49,359 nucleotides of DNA from an uncultured Halobacteriales archaeon (GTDB lineage Archaea > Halobacteriota > Halobacteria > Halobacteriales > Hikarchaeaceae). Made by a program: the position numbers and the translations under genes. Positions 1 through 8,426 of the stretch are shown here, one piece after another (positions within the stretch are counted from its first letter, which is position 1; each line of letters opens with the position of its first letter). The stretch spans positions 1 to 49,359 of the forward strand of contig CAYOLR010000001.1 in assembly GCA_964404815.1 (NCBI GenBank), written 5' to 3'. The notes under the pieces are model-generated. The model searched no databases, had not been told where the DNA came from, and saw only the letters and a program-made list of their open reading frames with translations.

Positions 1-229
1 TAAGACGCGAAGGCAGCGACGGGTGGTGTCGAATCCAGCGTGAACGATACGCGCGTTACATCTTGCACGGCGCTCTAAACATCATCTGAAACTGGTAGGA
101 ATCTCAGCGATCAATTCGCGGTGTGTAGTACCGGCGTGTCCGGATCGGATCGACGCGGCACTCCCGCCATCAGTACAGCACCTTTATAGTGACGGATTTG
201 CAGAAAGTACCTTGCGTCACCTTCCTCAT

Positions 230-709
230 TTACCGGAATCGCTGTATCAAGAGATCTGGCAGACGCTCATCCACGACTTCCCAAAGGATGCCAACCGGAT
301 TCTCCGCTTCGAACGATACCGCGCGATACCGATATTCCTCCTCTGGTGACTCCCTTTCTTGGAAATGGTCGAGGCCATCGACGTGGTCGTTCGCGTGGCG
401 GTGCCAGCCACAGTCAAACCCGCTGCCTTCGGTGTAGTGGATTTGAAACCAGCTTGCCTCGCCGTTTGGTTGGGGCCACCAGTTTACCTGAACGTACGCT
501 TCCTCAGCACTGATGAGCCCATCCGCAAAGATCATCGTATCAATATCCCCTCGCACTTGATCCGAAATTCCCGAGCCGGACTCCTCGAGCCTGACCGACG
601 CGATCCCTGGAATGTTCCCCAGGTTTCGATGGAGCCGAGATTGAATGCGTCTCCGTCGCCGCCCACGCGTGTTTTCAGGAGAATCGTCCGGGTCGGGCGA
701 TTCCGACAT
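230..709 (-). CDS. hypothetical protein, 159 aa, His-rich core (GWHRHANDH...DHFQ); second gene of a two-gene wHTH operon
   Basis: ORF track. The start codon lies 1 nt after the stop of the upstream wHTH gene (711). Basic N-terminal tail (RGRRRRR) and acidic C-half. Motif WFQIHYTEGSGFDCGWHRHANDHVDGLDHFQ. No family recognised with certainty. Confidence 0.6.
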   Translation of the reverse strand: MSESPDPDDSPENTRGRRRRRIQSRLHRNLGNIPGIASVRLEESGSGISDQVRGDIDTMIFADGLISAEEAYVQVNWWPQPNGEASWFQIHYTEGSGFDCGWHRHANDHVDGLDHFQERESPEEEYRYRAVSFEAENPVGILWEVVDERLPDLLIQRFR

Positions 710-710
710 C

Positions 711-1271
711 TCAGGCCGTCACGGCGGGTTGATTGAATTCGTCGTAACGTTCGAGGGCTTGTTGTCTAATCTGTAGATCGTAGATGGCGCTCTCCCACTC
801 GGACGCCGCGGTGCGGTATTCCTTGACCTCGTCGACGGTCGTGTCATCGCCAGCGGCTTTGGCTCGGAGTTCGTCCGGTGATTCGACACCGAACTGAGAT
901 TCGGCAGCTTCTATTCGCTCTTTGAGTTGGGCCACCTGGTCCAGCAATTCATCCCGATCATACCGTTCTGTGAGCTGTGCGAGCTCCTGGTAACGGAGCC
1001 ACGCCGAATCGGGTTGATACTTGGTCACGCCGCTGACGGTGGTCGCCGAAATTACACCGAGATCAGCGAACATCTGCAAATGTTCTCTCGCGGTTTGCTC
1101 TGATACGTGCGCCTCTCCCGCGATCCAGCCGGCCGTCTGGGGCTCCTCGAGCGTCAATACGACGTCGATGACTCGCTCGATGCCCTTCGACTCCTGCTTC
1201 CACCGCTCGACTCCAGTCGGGTCATCTTTGGCCCTGGATTCTGCGTCTCCCGGTCGTGCGTCGTCGGTCAT
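711..1271 (-). CDS. winged helix-turn-helix DNA-binding protein with a coiled-coil-like C-terminal half
   Basis: 186 aa. HTH-like segment EEPQTAGWIAGEAHVSEQTAREHLQMFADLGVIS. Acidic helical C-half. AT-rich promoter-like stretch at 1272-1356. Confidence 0.7.
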   Translation of the reverse strand: MTDDARPGDAESRAKDDPTGVERWKQESKGIERVIDVVLTLEEPQTAGWIAGEAHVSEQTAREHLQMFADLGVISATTVSGVTKYQPDSAWLRYQELAQLTERYDRDELLDQVAQLKERIEAAESQFGVESPDELRAKAAGDDTTVDEVKEYRTAASEWESAIYDLQIRQQALERYDEFNQPAVTA

Positions 1272-1356
1272 GATGCTTGGATATTCGGACCTGAGGTTAA
1301 TTATCTTTTGGTGGGGTGATTTATTTTACCTGTGGGCGGGCTTTAAACGGGTCTTC

Positions 1357-2477
1357 TCACGGGGATAGGCACCGGTACAGCCGGTCGCGGGTCGTACCCT
1401 CGGCCGCGACGAGATCGTACCGTTCCAATTTGTTCAAGTAGTTTCTAATTATCCGGTTTGACTTCGGTTCCTCGACTCTCTTTCGATATTTATCGATGAT
1501 CTCCCCGGAGCAATCCGTTCATGTTCCTCGATCACCCGAAAGACAGCTCGCTGGTGTGTGGTCAGCCCATCGATGTTGTTCCGGCGGACCTCCTGTCGGG
1601 CCTCGGGGAGCGCATCCTTGACGATGTATTCGGTGATTCGGCCTTCTGATTCCGATTTTACTCGCCTTGTGGCGACCTTTAGGGTCGTTATCGCGACCCG
1701 GGCGTCTCCGTTGACGGCCTCGGCGACGGCTTCCAATTCCCGTCGTTCGAGATCCTCTGCTATTCGCTCAGTATCCGTAGACTCACGGAGGATGTCGACG
1801 AGCTCATCCACGGTGTACCGGTCGAGAGAAAGTCGCTCACAACCGCCGAGCCGGCTCACCAAGCGTTCGTCGATCCCTTCAAGCAGGTCCTCCTCCCGAT
1901 TCGCGATGAGGAGGAGCAAAAACCCGGGGAGGTTGAGAAGATCGTAGAGGAGATCCTTCTCGTCGAGTTGATCGACCTCGTCGAGGATAGCCACGCATGG
2001 CTGGTCATCGTGGGTACGCAGCCGATCGATGAGGACGTCCCGGGGGGTCGACTTTCGGTGAATGTCCACCGTGCTCTCAAGTTGGTCCAATATTCGGTAG
2101 AGCGTTTGGAACGGGGAGTGGTCCTCCCAGCAGTTGACGTAGACAGCGTTGAGTCCGGGGTTCTGCTGGCAGAGTTGGTCGACGGCATACTTCACGGTGT
2201 GTGTCTTTCCGGACCCGGTTGGACCGGTGACGAGAACGGCGTCTGCCTCACTGCCCACGGTAAGCGGTTCGAGGATGCCGGTGAGCTGGTCGATTTCGGT
2301 ATCGCGATGGATTGCAGCCGTGGGCGCATCGGAGAGGGATAGACCCGTTGCCTCCTGTAATTGAGTCCCAGTTTCTGGAGGAGCGGATTGGGTGGTAGCT
2401 CTCGTCTCTTCTTCCGGCGTCTCCGCCGGGTCCACATCTCCGGCAGTGTCATCTCGGGAATGCGATGGCTCGGTCAT
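1357..2477 (-). pseudogene. orc1: orc1/cdc6 paralog (AAA+ initiator family) with a 1-nt frame break before the winged-helix domain
   Basis: Own ATG at 2477 (MTEPSHSRDD...). Orc1-type motifs HRDTEIDQL, Walker A GPTGSGKT, Walker B AILDEVDQL. The frame breaks at the C4 run 1503-1506. The WH domain GEIIDKYRKRVEEPKSNRIIRNYLNKLERYDLVAAEGTTRDRLYRCLSP* reads on in the -1 frame to the stop at 1357-1359. Confidence 0.75.
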
Positions 2478-3740
2478 CGGAGGAACGATCACGAAGTTTG
2501 CGAGTTCGTCACCGTTCAGAATGAGGTCCGGACGGGTATCGGCGCGATTGGTCGGTCGCGGGAACCAGTCCGACGAACGAGTGTCGATCGTCCGCGTCCG
2601 GAACTGCTCCAGCTCGTTCTTCGCGCGTCGTTCAGCCCTTCGCGTCAGCAACGCACCGGCTCGGAACCGACTCCCGTCGATTTCGTAGTATGGCCCATCG
2701 ATCGGGTCAAATGCGGAACACAGGTTATCGAGTCGGGCCTCTAGATTATCGATCTCATCCTCAGTTCTGGGGAGCGCGAGCAGCCGCGCGTTCACAGTGA
2801 ACGACCGCTTCGGTGTGTTCTCTCGAAGCAGATCGAGCCGAGTTGTGGTTTTCTGGTTTCGCTCTCGATCGCGCATTTCCGCTCCCTGCATCGGAGGGGT
2901 CTCCCAGCCGGAGGACACACGATTGGAGTGATTCCTCCTCCCGCCGTACCCATTAGGACCGAATCGACGCGGACCCGGAGATTCGAGCGAGAGGACCTTC
3001 AGAAGGAGCGTATCCCTACCGGCGAGCAGTGCGCCGGACCGTCTTCGGGCCTGCCTCGACCAGTCCGGTTTGCGACGGAACAGTACCTGGTATGACATCG
3101 GCGGTTCCGCCACGGTCAAATGGTCAACTAAGGGGACCAGCGGTGCTCGACCCGTTCGAGTGGCGTTCTGCTTCCCGGAATCGGGCCCCCCGGATAGTCG
3201 CTTGGTCAGTCCGTCGAGTGTCGTCATCCAGTCCTTACGACGGTCGACGCTCCCTTGCCAGCGAACGCCTCGCGGTGTGACCTCGTCGAGTGGTGGCCGG
3301 GCCTCGATCGTCCCGGCGCGGCTCGAACGCAACTCGTTGTTCATCAGTCGCCTTTCCAAGACCTCAGGGTCGTACAGCCGACTCTCGGTCAAACGGTCCC
3401 GAAGCTCCGATGGTTGGTACTCGACGGGTCGAAGCAGTTTCTGAACGGAGTCGACCTCAACTCGGTCGATATCGAAGGAGGCCGGATAGATGGTTTGGAG
3501 CCGCTGCTCGAGAACGTCGAGGCGTGCATCGGAACCAAAGTAGAATTCAACGGGTTCGTCCCGACCCTCGCTAATCGCAAGGAACTCGAAGGTCACGGGG
3601 ACGTCAGAGCTGAAGGGATTCAGACGGGCCAGGGCGCTGTCCTTGCCGCGAACAGATAGCTTGTACAGACTCTGCAGGGACGAAGAGACCGGGTCAAGTC
3701 GTTCCGACGACGGAGTGATTCTGAGGTAGTCGCGAATCAC
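2478..3740 (-). pseudogene. truncated N-terminal domain (421 codons) of a mobile-element ATPase-like protein, read in frame into orc1
   Basis: Codons 1-421 of the 763-aa ORF. No P-loop. Ends at ...LILNGDELANFVIVPP, immediately before the orc1 ATG. Segments FEFLAISEGRDEPVEFYFG, RKDWMTTL, KRSFTVNARL and DGPYYEIDG recall, from memory and unverified, the N-termini of large haloarchaeal plasmid/provirus HerA/VirB4-like ATP-binding proteins. Confidence 0.4.
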
Positions 3741-3937
3741 GCGGCACCACCTCGGCCAATCGAGGCAACTTCTAGCGGTAACTTTTTGTCAAACGATGGA
3801 TAGACCGAACATGGCGGTCGTACCAAATTACGAACGTGTTTTTCGGGGAAATCCGGATTCGACCTCCCCGATTACGTCTCCCGATTAGACTGGGATAAGG
3901 GTCCCTTTTTATGTGGGAATGTGTAATAGAAGTTACA

Positions 3938-4011
3938 TGCCACCTCCCGGATTTGAACCGGGGACAGCTCGATCTTCAGTCGAGTGCTCTCCCAGTCTGA
4001 GCTAAGGCGGC
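3938..4011 (-). tRNA. tRNA-Phe: tRNA-Phe (anticodon GAA), 74 nt, no encoded CCA
   Basis: Reverse complement is GCCGCCTTAGCTCAGACTGGGAGAGCACTCGACTGAAGATCGAGCTGTCCCCGGTTCAAATCCGGGAGGTGGCA. It folds as a cloverleaf: 7-bp acceptor stem with one G-U pair, D arm GCTC/GAGC, anticodon stem CTCGA/TCGAG with loop CTGAAGA, and T arm CCCGG/CCGGG with loop TTCAAAT. Confidence 0.95.
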
Positions 4012-4094
4012 TCGCAACCCGAGCGACGCCGACACGGGAAAAAAGGATTTCGAACCTGAATTCGCCCGCCAGCGGCCGCCTTTCCGTTGAAAGT

Positions 4095-4137
4095 GCGACA
4101 GTAAGTACCCTTTTCTACCGGCGCGGTAGAGTGTCGC
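4095..4137. promoter_or_regulatory. nested inverted repeats directly upstream of the rpa1 start codon
   Basis: GCGACA (4095-4100) pairs with TGTCGC (4132-4137). These enclose CTACCG (4115-4120) gcg CGGTAG (4124-4129). The T-rich stretch ccctttt at 4108-4114 lies between them. Confidence 0.4.
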
Positions 4138-4140
4138 TTG

Positions 4141-5409
4141 ATGACTGTCGAAGACCATGCCGAGGAGCTCGCCTCCGCTCTCGGCGTTGACAAAGAGGAG
4201 GTCCAGAAGGATCTCGAGAACCTTCTCGAGTACAGCGTCCCGGTCGAGGAGGCCAAGGAGAGCCTCCGGCGGAAGTACGGCGGCGCGGACGACCGGGAGT
4301 CGGCGGAGCCAGAACCTACGAACATCGGCGCGATCACGACCGACCACGCCAACGTGACTGTCACCGCCCGCGTGCTGACTGTCGGCAAGCGCTCCATTCG
4401 GTATCAAGGGGAGGAGCGGGTCATCCACGAGGGCGAACTCGCCGACGGTACCGGCAAGATCTCGTACACTGCCTGGGAGGACGTCGATTTCGAACCCGGC
4501 GACTCCGTCACGATTGGCAACGCGAGCGTCCGCGAGTGGGAGGGCAACCCCGAACTGAACATCGGCGGACAGACCAGTATCATGCCGGCCAGCGAGCAAA
4601 TCGAGGTCGACTACCTCGTGGGCGGCGAGTCGGACCTCATCGACCTGGCGTCGGGCGATCGGGGTCGGATCGTCGAGGTGACCGTCATCGACGTCGAGAC
4701 GAAAACGATCGACGGTCGTGACGGCCGGACTGACATCCTCTCCGGGGTGCTCGCTGACGAGACCGCCCGGCTCCCCTTTACTGACTGGGAACCACACGAA
4801 GCGATCACGGGGGGAGCGACTCTCCGGCTGGCGGACGTCTACGTCCGCGAGTTCCGAGGGGTTCCGTCGATCAACGTCTCCGAATTCTCGACGGTCGAAC
4901 CGATCGACAAGGACATCCAACCCTCGAAAGCCACTCGGATGGGGATCGGCGATGCGGTCGAGACCGGCGGCGCCTACGACATCGAAGTGACCGGCCACGT
5001 CGTCGGCGTTCGTGACGGGTCCGGCCTCATCCAGCGGTGTCCGGACTGCGGCCGCGTGGTCCAGAAGGGGCAGTGTCGGAGCCACGGGGAGGTCGACCCC
5101 GTTGACGACCTCCGGGTGAAGGCAATTTTGGATGACGGTACCGGGACCCTGACGGTGGTCCTCGGCGACGAGCTCACGTCGCAGGTCTACGGCGGCACGC
5201 TCGAAGACGCCATGGAGGCCGCCCGTGAAGCGATGGATCAGGAGGTGGTCGCCGACGACATTCGGGATTCAATCCTCGGCCGGGAATACCGGGTCCGGGG
5301 GAACCTGAGCGTCGACGAATACGGGGCAAGCCTGGAGACAACGACGTTCGACCGGGTCGAGGCCGATCCTGTCGACCAGGCCGACCGGTTCCTGGAGGCG
5401 GTCCAATGA
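4141..5409 (+). CDS. rpa1: replication protein A, multi-OB-fold ssDNA-binding protein with zinc finger (RPA1 / Rfa3 type)
   Basis: 422 aa from the ATG at 4141 (the track starts at TTG 4138). The N-terminus MTVEDHAEELASALGVDKEEV...LLEYSVPVEEAKESLRRKYGG is typical of haloarchaeal RPA. Repeated OB-like segments. Zinc ribbon CPDCGRVVQKGQCRSHG. First gene of a three-gene operon. Confidence 0.9.
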   Translation: MTVEDHAEELASALGVDKEEVQKDLENLLEYSVPVEEAKESLRRKYGGADDRESAEPEPTNIGAITTDHANVTVTARVLTVGKRSIRYQGEERVIHEGELADGTGKISYTAWEDVDFEPGDSVTIGNASVREWEGNPELNIGGQTSIMPASEQIEVDYLVGGESDLIDLASGDRGRIVEVTVIDVETKTIDGRDGRTDILSGVLADETARLPFTDWEPHEAITGGATLRLADVYVREFRGVPSINVSEFSTVEPIDKDIQPSKATRMGIGDAVETGGAYDIEVTGHVVGVRDGSGLIQRCPDCGRVVQKGQCRSHGEVDPVDDLRVKAILDDGTGTLTVVLGDELTSQVYGGTLEDAMEAAREAMDQEVVADDIRDSILGREYRVRGNLSVDEYGASLETTTFDRVEADPVDQADRFLEAVQ

Positions 5410-6812
5410 GTTCCTCTGACGGTGGGCCGGGTTCCCGGGAAGTCGCCTATCGGCTGTTCGCCACAGAATACGACGACGCCACCCTCGACCACTCGGAAAG
5501 CGACGAGGAGCGGGCCCCGAACTACGTGGTCACCCCGACCGGCGGCCGCGTCAACCGCCTGTTCGTCATCGGTGTTCTGACGGAGGTCGAGTCCGTCTCC
5601 GAGGACGTTCTCCGCGCCAGGGTCGTCGATCCGACGGGCGCGTTCGTGATCTACGCGGGCCAGTATCAACCCGAGGCGAAGGCCTTTCTCGATCGGGCGG
5701 AGCCGCCGACCTTCGTGTCGGTGACGGGCAAGGCCCGGACCTATTCGCCCGACGACTCGGATCGGGTGTTCACGTCCGTCAGGCCGGAATCGATCAACGA
5801 GGTCGACGCCGATTCCCGGGACAGGTGGACGGTCCAGGCGGCCGAGTTGACGCTCGACCGGATCGCCACCATGGCGGCCGCGATCGACCGGCCCGAACGC
5901 GGGGAGGACCTCACAGCCGTCCTGCTGGAGGCGGGCGTCGATCCCGGGCTCGCCACGGGCATCCCGCTCGCGATCGATCACTACGACACGACGACCGGCT
6001 ACCTCGAAGCGTTGCGGACGGTCGCGATCCAGACCGTCGAGGTCGTGGCCGGCGACCGGAACGAGGTGGAGCCCGTCAACCTCGCGCCAGCCGAGGGTGG
6101 GGCGGTCCGGGTCGACTTCGCGGCCGACCTGGACGCGGCCGAACCGGGTGCTGTTGACGTCGAGCTTGAGGCGAGCGAGGCCCACGAGCCGGAAGAGGTC
6201 GCTGAACCGGAACCCGAACGGGAGCCGGAGCCAGCATCGGAACCCGAACCAGCAGCCGAAGGGGCCGACGAGGCACCGTCGGTGGAGGCATCCACACCGG
6301 ACATGGCCACCGCGGAGGTCGAGACCGACGGCCCGGGCGATTTCGACGATTTCGGCGAATCAGCCGCGTCCGATGACGATCTGTACGAAATGGACGAGGA
6401 CGAGCGCCGCGAGGTCGAGGAGGAGTTCGGGACCGAATTCACGGCCGGCACCGAGGTCGACGAGCCGGGCGAGGCGGACCTCGAGACCGAAACGGAACCC
6501 CCGTCGGCCGGGGAGGAACCGGCTGGCGATGCGGCGGCATCGGAACCCGAACCGGAACCGGAAGAACCGTCGGAACCGACCGAGCCGGACGAGGCCGAAA
6601 CCGAACCGGCGGAACCGGTCGATCTGGAGTCGGCCGTCGTCGAAGCCATGCGCGATCTCGATGACGGTGACGGGGCTCAGCGGGATGAGGTGGTCGCCAC
6701 GGTCGGCGACGCCCATAACGTCGCTGAGGACGAAGTCGAGGACGCAATCGATGATGCACTCATGAGCGGCCAATGTTACGAACCGGAGGACGGTCGACTC
6801 AAGGCCGTCTGA
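5406..6812 (+). CDS. rpap1: RPA-associated protein (RPAP1 / Rfa8 type, COG3390-like OB fold) with a long acidic linker and a small C-terminal globular domain
   Basis: Its start overlaps the rpa1 stop (ATGA). The N-terminal ~230 aa look OB-fold-like (NRLFVIGVLTEVE...VSVTGKAR). Operon position between rpa1 and a phosphoesterase. Confidence 0.85.
   Translation: MSSSDGGPGSREVAYRLFATEYDDATLDHSESDEERAPNYVVTPTGGRVNRLFVIGVLTEVESVSEDVLRARVVDPTGAFVIYAGQYQPEAKAFLDRAEPPTFVSVTGKARTYSPDDSDRVFTSVRPESINEVDADSRDRWTVQAAELTLDRIATMAAAIDRPERGEDLTAVLLEAGVDPGLATGIPLAIDHYDTTTGYLEALRTVAIQTVEVVAGDRNEVEPVNLAPAEGGAVRVDFAADLDAAEPGAVDVELEASEAHEPEEVAEPEPEREPEPASEPEPAAEGADEAPSVEASTPDMATAEVETDGPGDFDDFGESAASDDDLYEMDEDERREVEEEFGTEFTAGTEVDEPGEADLETETEPPSAGEEPAGDAAASEPEPEPEEPSEPTEPDEAETEPAEPVDLESAVVEAMRDLDDGDGAQRDEVVATVGDAHNVAEDEVEDAIDDALMSGQCYEPEDGRLKAV
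6123..6620 (+). repeat. low-complexity acidic Glu/Pro/Ala/Asp-rich coding region inside rpap1
   Basis: About 165 codons rich in EPEP/EPEPE units. An 18-nt repeat gcatcggaacccgaacc occurs near 6233 and 6537. Confidence 0.8.
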
Positions 6813-7543
6813 TGTCCCCCGTCGAACCGGTCCCCGGTGCCCCGGCAGCGATCGCGACGCTGGATGAAGAGCGGGCGCTCGTCATCGCCGACTACCACGC
6901 CGGCATCGAGACCGAGCTCCGATACGAGGGCATCGAGGTGGACAGCCGGGCCGACGAGCGGCGGGAGCAGCTGCTTTCGCTCATCGCGGAGACCGGGGTC
7001 GATCGATTGATCATCTTGGGTGATTTGGCCCACTGGATCGGCGAGCCGATCGGGGCCGAACTGGACGAAATACAGGCCCTTATCGAGGCGGTCACCGACC
7101 GGGTGCCGGCAACGCTGGTCAAAGGCAACCACGACGGCGAGATCGAGGACGCCATCGACATTCCCGTCACCGCCTCCTCGGGGATCCGCATCGGCGATGT
7201 CGGGTTCGTCCATGGCCACACGTGGCCATCGCCCGAGGTGCTATCGGCCGATATCGTGTGTGTCGGCCACGAACACCCCGCCGTCAGCCTCGAGGACGAA
7301 GTCGGCGGCCGTCGTGTCGAACGGGTATGGATGCGGGGGCACCTCTCGCCGGACGCCTTCGAGGACGCGGAGGATATCGACGGCGAGTTGGTGGTGTTCC
7401 CGGCATTCAACGAACTGGTCGGCCGGACCTGGGTCAATGTCGAAGGCCAAGGGTTCCTGGCCCCTTATCTTCCTGACGGGCTCGTCGACGCACAGACCTA
7501 CCTCCTCGACGGGACCCGGTTGGGTACCTACGCTACGCTCTGA
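6812..7543 (+). CDS. rpe: calcineurin-like metallophosphoesterase of the rpa1 operon (Rpe / Ral type)
   Basis: Motifs DYHAG, ILGDLAH, GNHDG, VHGHTWP and GHEHP. The ATG at 6812 overlaps the rpap1 stop (TGATG). The track ORF begins earlier, at 6773. Confidence 0.85.
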   Translation: MSPVEPVPGAPAAIATLDEERALVIADYHAGIETELRYEGIEVDSRADERREQLLSLIAETGVDRLIILGDLAHWIGEPIGAELDEIQALIEAVTDRVPATLVKGNHDGEIEDAIDIPVTASSGIRIGDVGFVHGHTWPSPEVLSADIVCVGHEHPAVSLEDEVGGRRVERVWMRGHLSPDAFEDAEDIDGELVVFPAFNELVGRTWVNVEGQGFLAPYLPDGLVDAQTYLLDGTRLGTYATL

Positions 7544-7595
7544 GCGGCGGGAACCGCCACCGTGAATTGGCCGAAGCCCCTAGCCGGCGGACACC

Positions 7596-8378
7596 GTGAC
7601 AACTTCGGTGATCGTGGGCTGTGGGTACGTCGGCACGGCGCTAGCTCGCCAGCTCGTCGGTCGGGACGAACAGGTCTACGCAATCTCCCGGTCCGGCGTC
7701 GACATCGACGGGGTCACCAGCCTCGAACGGGACGTTACCGAGCCGGGGTTAGCGCTCCCCGACGCCGATCGGGTGTTCTATCTCGTGAGTGCCGGTGCCA
7801 GGGATGCGGCGGCCTACCGTGCGACCTACGTGGCGGGCCTTCAGCGAACCATCGGCGCCACCGGCGGAAACCCCGCGCTGGTCTACGCCTCGAGTACGGG
7901 CGTGTACGAGGTTTACGACGGGTCGTGGGTCGACGAGACGACGCCGCTCGATCCCTCATCTGATCGGGCGAGGATCCTCCTCGAGGCGGAGGAGGAGGCG
8001 AGATCGGCTGGCGGCACGGTGGTGCGGTTCGCCGGTCTGTACGGCCCCGGCCGATCCGGGGTCGACCGATATCTCGATGACGCCCGCGTTCCTGCCGGCT
8101 ATCTCAACCTCCTGCACCGGGAGGACGCCGCACGCTCGATGCTCGCTGCCGAAAAGGGAGACCATCAGCTGTACCTCGCCGTGGATGACGAACCGGTCCA
8201 CCGACACGACCTCGCCCACTGGCTCGCCGAGTTCACTGGCCGACCCCACGGGACGCTCGTCGACTCAGTTGATCGATCGAACAAACGGTGCTCGAACGCG
8301 CGACTTCGCGAGACCGGTTGGAATCCAGAGTTCCCGACCTATCGCGATGGCTTCGCCGACGCGCTGACCGGCGGTTGA
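7596..8378 (+). CDS. NAD(P)-binding Rossmann-fold protein, SDR / epimerase-dehydratase family
   Basis: 260 aa with a GTG start. N-terminal VIVGCGYVGTALARQL dinucleotide-binding motif. Confidence 0.8.
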   Translation: MTTSVIVGCGYVGTALARQLVGRDEQVYAISRSGVDIDGVTSLERDVTEPGLALPDADRVFYLVSAGARDAAAYRATYVAGLQRTIGATGGNPALVYASSTGVYEVYDGSWVDETTPLDPSSDRARILLEAEEEARSAGGTVVRFAGLYGPGRSGVDRYLDDARVPAGYLNLLHREDAARSMLAAEKGDHQLYLAVDDEPVHRHDLAHWLAEFTGRPHGTLVDSVDRSNKRCSNARLRETGWNPEFPTYRDGFADALTGG

Positions 8379-8426
8379 CACCACCGAACCGCCGTCATTA
8401 TTCCCGAGTGTCCCCCCAACAGTCGT

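Noticed and set aside
1-229. Possible C-terminal end of a plus-strand gene at the left edge (…RREGSDGWCRIQRERYARYILHGALNII*, ending about position 93)
   Set aside because: Only about 30 codons are visible and no motif is recognisable, so it cannot be supported.
3741-3937. Replication origin (ORB elements) next to the orc1 paralog
   Set aside because: I looked for the ORB-type core (CCAGTGGAAAC-like with a G-string) by eye and found none. Only the short hairpin and CTCCCGATTA repeats are present, so no origin is claimed.
3976-5085. 369-aa ORF antisense to rpa1
   Set aside because: Its Arg/Gly/Asp/Val-rich, motif-free composition is typical of antisense frames in high-GC DNA. It fully overlaps a gene with clear OB/zinc-finger features and also runs across the tRNA.
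6076-6773. Several 70-220-aa ORFs in other frames across the acidic region of rpap1
   Set aside because: These are the products of reading a GAA/CCG-rich low-complexity tract out of frame (Arg/Pro/Ser-rich), so they are not independent genes.
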